DNA of 64,000 bases from Collinsella sp. Its GTDB lineage: Bacteria; Actinomycetota; Coriobacteriia; Coriobacteriales; Coriobacteriaceae. The notes under the pieces were generated by a model. It did not search any database, had not been told where the DNA came from, and saw only the letters and a program-made list of their open reading frames with translations. Both the position numbers and the translations under genes were made by a program. Positions within the stretch are counted from its first letter, which is position 1, and each line of letters opens with the position of its first letter. Positions 37,759 to 47,061 of the stretch are shown piece after piece. The stretch is from contig DXZQ01000016.1 of assembly GCA_019419585.1 (NCBI GenBank), positions 318 to 64,317 on the forward strand, in the 5' to 3' direction.

Positions 37759-37870
37759 GGTACGGGTTTTCCAAGTGCCCGAGATTGCCGTAAAAGAGGA
37801 GCGACGCGTACTTGAGTACGCGAGCGACGGTTTGAACGGCAAGGTCGGGTGCTCGGGAAACCCGCGGGGA

Positions 37871-39337
37871 TTAGAGAGTCTTAATACGGGTGCCGGCGGC
37901 GGTATCTTCAATCGTCAGGCCCAGGTCCTTGAGCTGGTCGCGGATGGCGTCGGCCAGATCCCAGTTCTTGGCGGCACGGGCCTCGGCGCGGGCCTCGAGA
38001 ATCTTGGCAGCAGCCTCGTCCACGTCGTCGCCCGTATAGGCAACCAGACCGGCGGCAACGCCCAGCAGACCCAGCGGCAGCTCGACCTTGGGCTCGGGAA
38101 GCTCAACACCAAACGTATCGAGCAGCTCGACCAGCGTATCGGCGGCGGCCAGGGCAGCGGCCTTGTCGGCAGCGTCGCCCGCCTGCTCCAGGTACTGGTT
38201 GCACTCGGTCACAAAGCCAAAGACGGCACCCATGGCACCAGCGGTGTTAAAGTCGTCGTCCATGCACTCCTTAAAGGTGGCACGGGTCTCGGCGGCCTTG
38301 GCGGCAAACGCCTCGGATGCTGCCTCATCGGCATCGGCCGTCGCATGGTTCGCGGCCCAACGCAGGTTCTCGACCGTACCGGCGATACGCGTGAGCGAAT
38401 TCTCGGCACCCTCCAGGCGCTCCCAAGAAAAGTCGAGCGGCGAGCGATAGCTCGTCTGCAGCATCAGCAGGCGCAGGGCGGCAGCGGAGTGCTGCTCGAG
38501 GACCTCGGCCAGCGTAAAGAAGTTGCCGAGCGACTTGGACATCTTCTCGCCGTCTACCAGCAGCATGCCCGTGTGCATCCAGGTGTTGGAGAAGCCCTGG
38601 TGCCAGGCGCAGGTGGCCTGAGCGCACTCGTTCTCGTGATGCGGGAAGGCAAGGTCGGAGCCGCCGCCGTGGATGTCGATCGGAGTACCCAGGTAGCGAT
38701 GCACCATGGCGGCGCACTCGGTGTGCCAACCGGGACGGCCCTCGCCCCAGGGGCTCGGCCAGCTGGGCTCGCCGGGCTTGGCGGCCTTCCACAGGGCAAA
38801 GTCGAGCGGGTCGTTCTTGTCCTCGTTCTCCTCGATGCGCGCGCCAACCATAAGGTCGTCGATGTTGCGGCCCGAGACCTGACCATAGTTGGGATCGCTG
38901 CGCACGGCAAAGTACACATCGCCGTTATCGGCTGCGTAAGCGTGGCCCTGCTCGATAAGCGTCTTGATCATGGCGATCATGGGGCCGATCTCCTTGGTGG
39001 CGCGGGGGCGCACATCGGGATCGAGCACGTTGGCGGCGCGCATGACGCCGATGAACTTGTCCGAGAACTCCGTCGCGACCTCGGCGGCCGTGCGGCCCTG
39101 CTCGTTGGCGCGCTTGATGATCTTGTCATCAACATCGGTGAGGTTCTGGGCAAACGTGACCTCGTAGCCGCTCGCGATAAGCCAGCGACGAATCACGTCA
39201 AAGCTGATGAACGTGCGGGCATTGCCGATGTGGATGTTGTCGTAGACCGTGGGGCCGCACACGTACATGCGGACCTTGCCAGACTCGATGGGCTGGAACT
39301 CTTCCTTTTTATGGGTAGCGCTGTTGTAGATACGCAT
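37871..39337 (-). CDS. cysS: Cysteine--tRNA ligase
   Basis: 488 aa with MYVCGPTVYDNIHIGNART (HIGH) and KMSKSLGN (KMSKS). AAGGAG lies upstream. Confidence 0.95.
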   Translation of the reverse strand: MRIYNSATHKKEEFQPIESGKVRMYVCGPTVYDNIHIGNARTFISFDVIRRWLIASGYEVTFAQNLTDVDDKIIKRANEQGRTAAEVATEFSDKFIGVMRAANVLDPDVRPRATKEIGPMIAMIKTLIEQGHAYAADNGDVYFAVRSDPNYGQVSGRNIDDLMVGARIEENEDKNDPLDFALWKAAKPGEPSWPSPWGEGRPGWHTECAAMVHRYLGTPIDIHGGGSDLAFPHHENECAQATCAWHQGFSNTWMHTGMLLVDGEKMSKSLGNFFTLAEVLEQHSAAALRLLMLQTSYRSPLDFSWERLEGAENSLTRIAGTVENLRWAANHATADADEAASEAFAAKAAETRATFKECMDDDFNTAGAMGAVFGFVTECNQYLEQAGDAADKAAALAAADTLVELLDTFGVELPEPKVELPLGLLGVAAGLVAYTGDDVDEAAAKILEARAEARAAKNWDLADAIRDQLKDLGLTIEDTAAGTRIKTL

Positions 39338-39340
39338 TCG

Positions 39341-39835
39341 TTACTCCTTAACGGTTTTCTGTAGCAGGCAGACGGCCCAGGCGCCAATTCCCTCGCCCTG
39401 GCCTTCCCAGCCGAGCTTTTCGGTCGTAGTGGCGGCGACGCCCACGTTTTCGACGTCAACGCCCAGGGCATGGGCAAGGTTGGCGCGCATGGCATCGCGG
39501 TGCGGGGTGATCTTGGGTTGCTGACAGGCAATGGTGCAATCGGCATCGACAAACTCAAAGCCTAGCTCGCGTGCATAGTCCATCACGCGAGCGAGCAGCA
39601 CCATCGAGTCGGCGCCCTCATAGGCGGGATCGGTGTCGGGGAATAGCTTGCCGATGTCTCCCCCGCGGCAGGCGCCCAGAATGGCGTCGGCCAAGGCGTG
39701 CGCGAGCACATCGGCATCCGAGTGGCCCAGCAGGCCGCGCTCGTAGGGAATGTCGACACCGCCGATGATACATCGACGCCCCTCCACCAAACGGTGGACG
39801 TCGTAGCCGTGGCCAATGCGCAGGTTACTGAACAT
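39341..39835 (-). CDS. ispF: 2-C-methyl-D-erythritol 2,4-cyclodiphosphate synthase
   Basis: Trimmed to MFSNLRIGHGYDVHRLVEGRRCIIGGVDIPYERGLLGHSDADVLAHAL... Confidence 0.93.
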   Translation of the reverse strand: MFSNLRIGHGYDVHRLVEGRRCIIGGVDIPYERGLLGHSDADVLAHALADAILGACRGGDIGKLFPDTDPAYEGADSMVLLARVMDYARELGFEFVDADCTIACQQPKITPHRDAMRANLAHALGVDVENVGVAATTTEKLGWEGQGEGIGAWAVCLLQKTVKE

Positions 39836-40553
39836 GGGGAAGGTCCTCTCCCTCGGCCATGCGGCCAAGCAGAATCGCGGTTACGGGACGCAAGTCCTCG
39901 GGCACCGTCACCTTAAGGTTATCGCGCGGGCTCTGGACGCAGCGGACGCGCCCACCCATGCGCTCGACCAGCGACGAATCATCGGTGCCGATAAAGCCCT
40001 CGGCAATTGCCTCGGAATGAGCGCGCTTCATAGCATCGACGCTAAAGATCTGCGGCGTCTGCGCGGCCCAATACAGCTCGCGCGGCGGCGTCTCGACGAT
40101 GTTGTCGCCATCGACGATCTTGAGCGTGTCGATCGCGGGCTGGCCGCACACGACACCGTCGAGCGAGCGGTCGCTCACGAGCACGTCGATAGCGTGGTCG
40201 ATGGCCTCGGTCGTAATGAGCGGACGAGCGCCATCGTGAATGGCGACGTATTCAAAGCCCGCCGGCACCGCGTGCACGCCGGCGCGAGTGGAATCCTGGC
40301 GGGTATCGCCGGCATCGGCAAAGCTGATGGGCGTGTCATAGTCAAACGGGTCGATAGCCAGGCGGCGCATCTCGGCACGACGCTCGACAGGGCAAACCAC
40401 GACGATGTGGCCGACCTTATCGCTACGATCAAATGCGCGGATGGACCAGCTCATAAGCGGACGGCCCGCTACATTGACGAGCTGCTTGCCACCGGGGTTA
40501 CCAAAGCGCTGGCCGCTGCCACCGGCAACGACCACGGCGCATACGGGCGCCAT
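39825..40553 (-). CDS. ispD: 2-C-methyl-D-erythritol 4-phosphate cytidylyltransferase
   Basis: The real part of ORF 39825..41003 is MAPVCAVVVAGGSGQRFGNPGGKQLVNVAGRPLMSWS... Its ATG at 40553 overlaps the disA stop by 1 nt (TAATG), and its 3' end overlaps the ispF start by 11 nt. Confidence 0.9.
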   Translation of the reverse strand: MAPVCAVVVAGGSGQRFGNPGGKQLVNVAGRPLMSWSIRAFDRSDKVGHIVVVCPVERRAEMRRLAIDPFDYDTPISFADAGDTRQDSTRAGVHAVPAGFEYVAIHDGARPLITTEAIDHAIDVLVSDRSLDGVVCGQPAIDTLKIVDGDNIVETPPRELYWAAQTPQIFSVDAMKRAHSEAIAEGFIGTDDSSLVERMGGRVRCVQSPRDNLKVTVPEDLRPVTAILLGRMAEGEDLPHVQ

Positions 40554-41620
40554 TATGCGTTCCCCTGTTTGGTGCCCTTCATGCGGTACAAGGAGTCCGC
40601 AAGAATGGCAGGGTTGTTGACGCCAAAGTCGCCCAGGCGCTCCGGATCCTCGCTGATGTCGTCCATGAGCTCCTGCAGCGAGCCATACTCGTCGACGATC
40701 TTCTCGGCCACGCCGTCGCGCACGACAGACACGCGCGAAAGCGTACGCAGGCCCAGAGGCGTCATGACAGAGTCCTCGTCCAGGTCGTCGTAACCCAGAA
40801 CCGCCGCCACATGCTGCGGGTCGGATAGGTCCTTGGGCGTCATACGGCTCAGGTTGGCGCGGATCTTCTCGGCGTTTGCCTCGGAAGAATCGCTCGCGTA
40901 GTCGCGGATCATCAAGTCGTATTCGGTATCCATGCTGGAGCCCGCGAGCTGCTCGAGCTGCATCTGCACGAGCTTGCCCTGGTTGCCCAGCTTGACGATG
41001 CAATCCTTAAGCTCGGTCTTTGCCTGTTGCATGATCTCGAAACTCGAGAAGATGCCGGTGATGTCGGCGAGCGTGACGTAGTCGTCGAGCTCAAGGGCCG
41101 TCAGGCGCAGCAAGGAGCGGTCGAGCGACTGACGGGTAGTCTGGAGCGTGGCGACGAGCTGGTTGACCGAGCTCATGATGGTGGTGACGGGCTGGATCTC
41201 GTAGCTCTTGCCGTGAACGTACACGTTGACGACGGCACGACGGGCCGAGACCGAGATCACGATGGCATCGGTGAGCACCGACATGCGAGCGGCAGTACGG
41301 TGACGCATGCCCGTCTCACTCGTGGCGAGCGAGGGATCGGGATTGAGGTGAAAGTTGGCGCGCAGGATCTGGGTGAGGTCGCCATCGATGACGATGGCGC
41401 CGTCCATCTTGGAAAGCTCGAACAGGCGGTTCGAGGTAAACGAAATGTTGAGCGGGAAGCCGTCGTTACCGGCAGCGAGCACGTTTTCGGTGTCGCCGAC
41501 GCAGATAAGGGCACCCAGGTGACCGGCAATGATCATGTCGAGGGCGGTGCGGATCGGCTGGCCAGGTGCCGTCAGGCGAATGGCCTGCTCCATACGCTTT
41601 TGCAGCTCGTTCTTATCCAA
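40553..41620 (-). CDS. disA: DNA integrity scanning protein DisA (diadenylate cyclase)
   Basis: 355 aa. The DAC domain reads GALICVGDTENV...DGAIVIDGD...GMRHRTAARMS, followed by a linker and a C-terminal HhH (GSLQELMDDISEDPERLGDFGVNNPAILADSL). Confidence 0.92.
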   Translation of the reverse strand: MDKNELQKRMEQAIRLTAPGQPIRTALDMIIAGHLGALICVGDTENVLAAGNDGFPLNISFTSNRLFELSKMDGAIVIDGDLTQILRANFHLNPDPSLATSETGMRHRTAARMSVLTDAIVISVSARRAVVNVYVHGKSYEIQPVTTIMSSVNQLVATLQTTRQSLDRSLLRLTALELDDYVTLADITGIFSSFEIMQQAKTELKDCIVKLGNQGKLVQMQLEQLAGSSMDTEYDLMIRDYASDSSEANAEKIRANLSRMTPKDLSDPQHVAAVLGYDDLDEDSVMTPLGLRTLSRVSVVRDGVAEKIVDEYGSLQELMDDISEDPERLGDFGVNNPAILADSLYRMKGTKQGNA

Positions 41621-41840
41621 GGCATCGCTCCCATCGTATACGCTCCATAAACGCTAAATAGTTTCTCACGGTTTGTCCCTGCGGCGCTTGCGAAATCCGA
41701 TGCTTACAGAATGAGCGAACACAGCTTAGGTAGCTCATTTGGGACGGGATCTTTTGACCGCCCATGTGGTAGCATCGGGTCTCATATAAATGAGGGAGTA
41801 GTCGTGTAATCGGGTTCGCCCGCAGAGAGGGAGCCAGACT

Positions 41841-42419
41841 ATGGGACTCGCAGAGCTCGTGTTGGTCGCCGTTGGCCTTTCGATGGACGCCTTTGCCGTT
41901 TCCATCTGCAAGGGCCTCGGCATGAAGAAGATCAACTTTAAAGTCGCCGTAGTGCTCGGCCTGTTCTTTGGCGGCTTTCAGGCCGGCATGCCCGTAATCG
42001 GATGGGCGCTCGGCAGTCAATTCATGGGCATCATCGGACCCATCGACCATTGGATCGCCTTTATCCTGCTCGCCTTCATTGGCGGCAAAATGCTGTGGGA
42101 GGCCTTTACCGAGGACGAGGATGAAGGCGACGGCAAGGATGCCGAAAAGATTGACCTGGGCGAGTACATGATCCTCGCCATCGCCACCTCAATCGACGCC
42201 CTAGCCGTAGGCATCTCGTTTGCCGCGCTCTCGGTCGACATCGTTCCCGCTGTATCGCTTATCGGCATCACAACGTTTATCTTCTCCGTCGTCGGCGTTG
42301 CGATCGGCCACACCTTTGGCACGCGCTACGAAAAGCCTGCCACCATCGTGGGCGGCGTCGTGCTCATCCTCATCGGGCTTAAGATCTTGCTTGAGCATCT
42401 GGGGATTTTGGCGCTGTAG
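41841..42419 (+). CDS. mntP: Manganese efflux pump MntP
   Basis: 192 aa with MGLAELVLVAVGLSMDAFAVSI... and a repeated SIDALAVGISF motif. Six TM segments. Confidence 0.9.
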   Translation: MGLAELVLVAVGLSMDAFAVSICKGLGMKKINFKVAVVLGLFFGGFQAGMPVIGWALGSQFMGIIGPIDHWIAFILLAFIGGKMLWEAFTEDEDEGDGKDAEKIDLGEYMILAIATSIDALAVGISFAALSVDIVPAVSLIGITTFIFSVVGVAIGHTFGTRYEKPATIVGGVVLILIGLKILLEHLGILAL

Positions 42420-42455
42420 TGCCAAACACAATCGCTCAAAACTCAACGCCAGCAC

Positions 42456-42490
42456 AAGGCCTCATGCGGAGTTTTGCATGAGGCCTTTTC
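42456..42490 (+). terminator. Intrinsic terminator after mntP
   Basis: aaggcctcatgc-ggagtttt-gcatgaggcctt followed by TTTC. Confidence 0.75.
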
Positions 42491-42533
42491 GTGCAGACTT
42501 TTGCATGTCATACTGATATGCAAAAATCTGCAC
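42491..42533. promoter_or_regulatory. 16-bp inverted repeat (candidate HipB operator) 15 nt upstream of hipB
   Basis: gtgcagacttttgcat (42491-42506), N11, atgcaaaaatctgcac (42518-42533), 15/16 complementary. An extra ttttgcat half-site lies at ~42471. Confidence 0.65.
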
Positions 42534-42547
42534 GTTAGGAGATAGCC

Positions 42548-43018
42548 GTGGATACCTTTCCCATCACCACACCGCGCCAAGCTGGCATCTACGTGCGCCA
42601 GGCACGCGAGGCTCAGGGTCTCACCCGTGCCGCCCTCGCCAAAAAGGCCGGTGTTTCGGAGCGCCTGCTCGCATCGCTCGAGCTGGGCGACGCCACGGGT
42701 ATTCGGCTCGACAAGTTATTGGCGATCTTCAATGCTCTCGGACTGGCGCTCGCCGCTCAAGGGGATATCGTCCAAACGAATAACGAGCAATCAGCCAACG
42801 TCCCGCATGCCGACCTGCAACCTCGCAGTACCCCCAGGCGCCATCACGCTCAACGTCCCTCTCATAGCTACCGTCGCTGCGCCGCCATTCCGGTTCTTGC
42901 AGACGCCCCATTTACGTCCGAACTCTACGACAAAGCCTTCGCGGATTTCGCCATGTCCAATCTCGGAGTCTCGATTGCCGCAAACGCATCTGTCCAACCA
43001 AAGCCTGACGGGAAATAG
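42548..43018 (+). CDS. hipB: XRE-family HTH antitoxin HipB with a ~80-aa C-terminal extension
   Basis: GTG start after TAGGAGA. The HTH reads IYVRQAREAQGLTRAALAKKAGVSERLLASLELGDATGIRLDKLLAIFNALGL. The stop lies 3 nt before hipA. Confidence 0.8.
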   Translation: MDTFPITTPRQAGIYVRQAREAQGLTRAALAKKAGVSERLLASLELGDATGIRLDKLLAIFNALGLALAAQGDIVQTNNEQSANVPHADLQPRSTPRRHHAQRPSHSYRRCAAIPVLADAPFTSELYDKAFADFAMSNLGVSIAANASVQPKPDGK

Positions 43019-43021
43019 CCA

Positions 43022-44326
43022 ATGGCCACCACATCACTTCGGACTATTATTTGCGGCGAACCTGCAGGAACGCTCATGCAAGATGAGAACGGTTTTGTCA
43101 GCTTTGTCTATGATCCAGACTATAACGGGCCAGCCCTATCGACCAACATACCCGTATCAAATCGCACATACGGACAACAGGTCATGAATCCGTACCTGTT
43201 TGGCCTTCTACCCGACAGCGAGGACCAACGAAAAGCGATTGCCGCCGAATTCGACGTTAGGCCCAACAATCCCGTTGCGTTGCTCAGCCATATCGGACTC
43301 GACTGTCCGGGCGGAGTGCAGTTTTGTGCCGAAGAAGATGCCGACGCCGTCCTGCATCGCGCTGGCGAATACCGCCCTATAGGCGACCACGAAATTGCCC
43401 TGCGTCTCAAGTCGATCAGAGATGACCGCGATGCATCGTGGATGGGTCTAGATGAAAGTTGGTCACTTGGAGGCAACCAGGGCAAGTTCGCGCTCGCGTT
43501 CATAAACGGCCGCTGGTGCGAATGCATGGGCCCCTCGCCCACGACGCATATTTTCAAAAATGGCGTTATCGGATTTAAACTCGAGGCTCTCAATGAGTTT
43601 GTCTGCATGAAAAGCGCCCAGCGCGCCGGTATCGCAACGGCAAACGTCGAATATTGTATGTTTGAGGACGAACCTGCCCTCATTGTTGAGCGCTATGACC
43701 GCGTGAAAGTCGAAGACGGAACGATCAGGCGTCTACATCAAGAAGACCTCTGTCAGGCACTTGGGGTGATGCCCGCCCAAAAGTACACGGCAGACGGCGG
43801 CCCGACCACCCGCGACATTCAAGAGCTCCTCGTAAATACGAGCCACCATCAACTTAACCTGTATCTGTTTACGCAGATACTGTTCTTCAACGCCACTATC
43901 GGCGCACCGGATGCGCATGCGAAAAACTATTCCCTGCTCCTTGGAAACGACGGCGCAGCCATGATGGCTCGTATGTACGATGTCGCGTCGGGTTTGGCGT
44001 ATGAGCGCATGCGCCGCCGGGCGCGCCTTGCCATGAGCGTTGGCGGCGAAAATCGTGTGGGACGCATCGGTCCAGGCGCTATCCGCCGATACCACGGTAT
44101 GGGCGACCCCGCGCTGGAGGCGGCGCTCACCGATGCCGGGCTATCCGAGAAGTTTTGCTTTGCGACCATGATGGACCTCGCCTACGAGGTACCCATTTGC
44201 ATGGAAGAAGTCATGGACGAATACGCCGACCTGCCCGGCATGGCGGACCTGCGCGAGCATATGCTCGGCCCCGTCCGCGAAAACTGCCAGCGAACCCTCG
44301 ACCTCATCAGGGCGGATATGGGCTAG
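43022..44326 (+). CDS. hipA: Type II toxin HipA (Ser/Thr kinase), full length
   Basis: 434 aa. It has an N-terminal coupling domain (GTLMQDENGFVSFVYDPDY...NPYLFGLLPDSE), SLGGNQGKFAL, the catalytic loop IGAPDAHAKNYSLLL and MYDVASG. Confidence 0.9.
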   Translation: MATTSLRTIICGEPAGTLMQDENGFVSFVYDPDYNGPALSTNIPVSNRTYGQQVMNPYLFGLLPDSEDQRKAIAAEFDVRPNNPVALLSHIGLDCPGGVQFCAEEDADAVLHRAGEYRPIGDHEIALRLKSIRDDRDASWMGLDESWSLGGNQGKFALAFINGRWCECMGPSPTTHIFKNGVIGFKLEALNEFVCMKSAQRAGIATANVEYCMFEDEPALIVERYDRVKVEDGTIRRLHQEDLCQALGVMPAQKYTADGGPTTRDIQELLVNTSHHQLNLYLFTQILFFNATIGAPDAHAKNYSLLLGNDGAAMMARMYDVASGLAYERMRRRARLAMSVGGENRVGRIGPGAIRRYHGMGDPALEAALTDAGLSEKFCFATMMDLAYEVPICMEEVMDEYADLPGMADLREHMLGPVRENCQRTLDLIRADMG

Positions 44327-44357
44327 GTGTCCGTAATTTCCTATTTCCCAAAAGCAA

Positions 44358-44398
44358 GAGAGGGGGCACCCGTCGCAAAAGCTCGGGTGCCCCCTCTC
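44358..44398. terminator. Bidirectional hairpin between convergent hipA and pepD
   Basis: gagagggggcacccg-N11-cgggtgccccctctc (15-bp stem). Confidence 0.7.
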
Positions 44399-44453
44399 GT
44401 AATGTCATCTGCAATCGATCATCACGTTGCTCGGACTGCCGTCAACGCAACCT

Positions 44454-45911
44454 TTACGCGGCAAGGCGTTTGAGAACGTCGATGAGCAGCTCGTAGAAGC
44501 GCTCGGCAGAAGCGAGCTCCATGCTCTCGTCCGGGGTGTGGACATCGGAGAGCGTCGGGCCCACGGCGATGGCGTCCAGGCCGTGCAGGGCCTCGGCAAA
44601 CAGACCACACTCAAGGCCGGCGTGGATGGACTCGATGCGCAGCTCGGAGCCAAAGAGCTCACGATAGCTCTCCACGAAGACGTCGCGGATCGGCGAATGC
44701 TCGGCATAGCTCCAGCCGGGATACTCGAACTCGAACTTGGCGTCAAAGCCCAGGACATCGGCCAGCGTCTGCAGGCGGTCCTTGAACTCGTTCTGCAGCG
44801 AGGTGATCGAGGAGCGCGGGGACAGCATAATCTTGACCTGATCATCGGAAGTGGCGACCACGCCGATGTTGGAGGAAACCTCGACTGAGCCGTCGGTGGC
44901 GACGTTGCGGCGAATCACACCATTGGGGGCAAGACGCAGAGCGCGGATGAGGGCAAGCGCGGACTTCTCGTCCATGGCCTCGATCTCGGCGTTGTCGGCG
45001 ATCTCGACAGTGCAGGTAAAGCCGGGGTCGAAGACCTCGAGCTCGGCGGTAACGTCGGCGATGATGCCACGGGCGATCTCGGCCGCGGCCTCGGCGGCAG
45101 CGTGGTCGGCGTAGACCAGAACAGCCTTGCACTCACGGTTGATGGCGTTGTCCTTGGTGCCGCCGTTGAAGCTGACGATGGCGGGCTCACCGGCAACCAT
45201 CAGGCGGTCGATGATGCGGGCCATGATAAGGTTGCCGTTGCCGCGCTCCAGGTTGATATCGCTGCCGGAGTGACCGCCCAGCAGGCCGGAGATGTCGAGC
45301 GTGAGGGCGCTACCGGTCTTGTGCTCGCGCGCGATCGGGCAGGTGTAGGTAACGACGACGCCGCCGGCGCAGCTGACGGTGGCAACGCCCTCTTCCTCGG
45401 AGTCAAGGTTAATCATGGTGCGGGCGCTAATCTGGGACTTGTCGAGTGTCTCGGCGCCGACCAGGCCAGTCTCCTCGTCGGTGGTGAATACGCACTCGAG
45501 GGCCGGATGGACAATCGAATCATCGTTGAGCACGGTAAGCATAAGCGCGACGGCGATACCGTTGTCGGCGCCCAGGGTGGTGCCGTTAGCGGTGAGGACG
45601 CCGTCCTTGACGACCAGGTCGATACCGTCGGTCGTAAAGTCGTGCTCAACGGAGCCCAACTTGTCGCACACCATATCGATGTGGCCCTGCAGCATCACGG
45701 TCGGGGCATTCTCGGCACCGGCAGATGCGGGCTTGCGAATGATGACGTTGTAGACCTCGTCCTGGTACACATCGAGGCCGCGCTCCTTGGCAAACGCAAC
45801 CAGGAAATCGCTGATGCCCTTCTCGTTGCCAGACCCACGGGGGATCGCGCTGACCTCCTCAAAGAAATGGAACAGCTGAGCGGGCTCGTAGCCGGTAATC
45901 TTGTAGTCCAT
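44454..45911 (-). CDS. pepD: Aminoacyl-histidine dipeptidase (M20 family, PepD)
   Basis: Trimmed to MDYKITGYEPAQLFHFFEEVSAIPRGSGNEKGISDFL... (AAGGAGG upstream). Also LQGHIDMV and FTTDEETGL. Confidence 0.9.
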   Translation of the reverse strand: MDYKITGYEPAQLFHFFEEVSAIPRGSGNEKGISDFLVAFAKERGLDVYQDEVYNVIIRKPASAGAENAPTVMLQGHIDMVCDKLGSVEHDFTTDGIDLVVKDGVLTANGTTLGADNGIAVALMLTVLNDDSIVHPALECVFTTDEETGLVGAETLDKSQISARTMINLDSEEEGVATVSCAGGVVVTYTCPIAREHKTGSALTLDISGLLGGHSGSDINLERGNGNLIMARIIDRLMVAGEPAIVSFNGGTKDNAINRECKAVLVYADHAAAEAAAEIARGIIADVTAELEVFDPGFTCTVEIADNAEIEAMDEKSALALIRALRLAPNGVIRRNVATDGSVEVSSNIGVVATSDDQVKIMLSPRSSITSLQNEFKDRLQTLADVLGFDAKFEFEYPGWSYAEHSPIRDVFVESYRELFGSELRIESIHAGLECGLFAEALHGLDAIAVGPTLSDVHTPDESMELASAERFYELLIDVLKRLAA

Positions 45912-46059
45912 GGTGCCTCCTTGGCGCAACTGGTTAGACAGTAAGATATGCGACTTGTATATTCCCAGACTTTGCGTGCATAAACCAGTCGAAAACGCCG
46001 AGCGCCCTTGCATCATCGGCTAACGGTGAGGAAACGCCACTTTATCAAGGTAAAGCAAG

Positions 46060-46581
46060 CTAGACGGGCCGTGCAGAGGGAACGTTGGACCCCCCAACCA
46101 ACCTCAACGCCTGTTGAACATTAATGCATACACCATTGGTATGTTTAATAAGATTCTTGTCCTCCGTCACGACGTAATCGGCATCAATGCGATTGGCAAC
46201 GCCCAGCATCAGGTCGTCCTCAAAGTCATTGTGGTGGTACTTGAACACAAAGGAGTCGAAGACCTCGTCTGCACCGACCGGGGCGATGAGGGCTAGCTCG
46301 CGCATCTGTCGAACGCATGCCCAGGCCGTTTCGTCTGCCGCCGCAATGGCGTTATCGCTCAGTGAGCCAGTCTTTCTTCGGCACTCCTGCTTGATTGCCG
46401 CCGAGACAAGATATGAAACGTCTTTGACCGAAAGCGACGAGGCAAACAGGGCAATCCGCTCCGAGGCGTCGGCAATCTCGATCAGATGGACGACATTTGC
46501 CGTACGGTCGGACCTGCCAGAAAAATAATCCATCCATACGTTGGTATCGATTAACAGCTTGAGGACGCCTTCTGTGCTCAT
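46060..46581 (-). CDS. PIN-domain toxin (VapC-like, enlarged to 173 aa)
   Basis: Trimmed to MSTEGVLKLLIDTNVWMDYF... with a C-terminal DYVVTEDKNL. Its ATG overlaps the antitoxin stop (ATGA). Confidence 0.78.
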   Translation of the reverse strand: MSTEGVLKLLIDTNVWMDYFSGRSDRTANVVHLIEIADASERIALFASSLSVKDVSYLVSAAIKQECRRKTGSLSDNAIAAADETAWACVRQMRELALIAPVGADEVFDSFVFKYHHNDFEDDLMLGVANRIDADYVVTEDKNLIKHTNGVCINVQQALRLVGGSNVPSARPV

Positions 46582-46937
46582 AGTTCCACCCATTCGGGAT
46601 AGCGCTCCGCCATGGCCTCCTCATAGAGGTCGTCATAGTCTCCCGAGAACTCAGGGATGGGGATGCCGTATTTGAGGCACGAATCGCGAACGATATGGCT
46701 GCCTTGCGCGGCCCTTGACTCCATGCGCTGGGGCTCCACTCCGTCAGAAACCGGAGCCGCCGCGTCTCCCTTCGAGGGCATGCGTCCGTTAACGACCAGA
46801 TACTCCCAAAGTGTCCGAACGGCTTGTGACGGCGTCATGCCAATATGAGTCAGGACGGCGTCTCCCGCCTCTTTGAGCTGGCGATCTATACGCACGTTCA
46901 TCTGAACTGGCCGCGTGTCGAGTATTGACGTAGGCAT
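46578..46937 (-). CDS. RelB/DinJ-family antitoxin
   Basis: 119 aa. MNVRIDRQLKEAGDAVLTHIGMTPSQAVRTLWEYLV is the DinJ/RelB ribbon-helix-helix signature. AAAGGAG lies upstream. Confidence 0.78.
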   Translation of the reverse strand: MPTSILDTRPVQMNVRIDRQLKEAGDAVLTHIGMTPSQAVRTLWEYLVVNGRMPSKGDAAAPVSDGVEPQRMESRAAQGSHIVRDSCLKYGIPIPEFSGDYDDLYEEAMAERYPEWVEL

Positions 46938-46950
46938 ATCAGCTCCTTTG

Positions 46951-46980
46951 CTATACTATATCTCGATTTTAGTATAGCAC
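46951..46980. promoter_or_regulatory. Inverted repeat (candidate operator/promoter) upstream of the RelB-PIN operon
   Basis: tgctatacta-N10-tagtatagca, 14-43 nt upstream of the antitoxin ATG. It contains TATACT/TAGTAT -10-like hexamers. Confidence 0.55.
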
Positions 46981-47002
46981 GGCAGATTGAAGCGCATTTC
47001 AA

Positions 47003-47038
47003 TAGAAATGAGGGCGCTTCCTTATCGGAAACGCCCCC
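47003..47038 (-). terminator. Hairpin after clpC
   Basis: On the minus strand, gggcgtttcc-gataa-ggaagcgccc (9/10 bp) is followed by TCATTTCTATT. Confidence 0.5.
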
Positions 47039-47061
47039 GTTATACAAGGTATGTTTAATCC

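Noticed and set aside
40554-41003. N-terminal extension of ORF 39825..41003(-)
   Set aside because: It overlaps the 3' part of disA in another frame and is Arg/Gly/Pro-rich nonsense. IspD starts at MAPVCAVVVAGGSGQRFG (40553).
41780-41840. Possible yybP-ykoY manganese riboswitch upstream of mntP (GGGAGTAG at ~41797)
   Set aside because: Only the GGGAGUAG-like L1 motif is present, 44 nt before the ATG. I could not find the partner conserved segments (UUGACA-type L3, closing P1) in the correct order or spacing. An Infernal scan with RF00080 would settle it.
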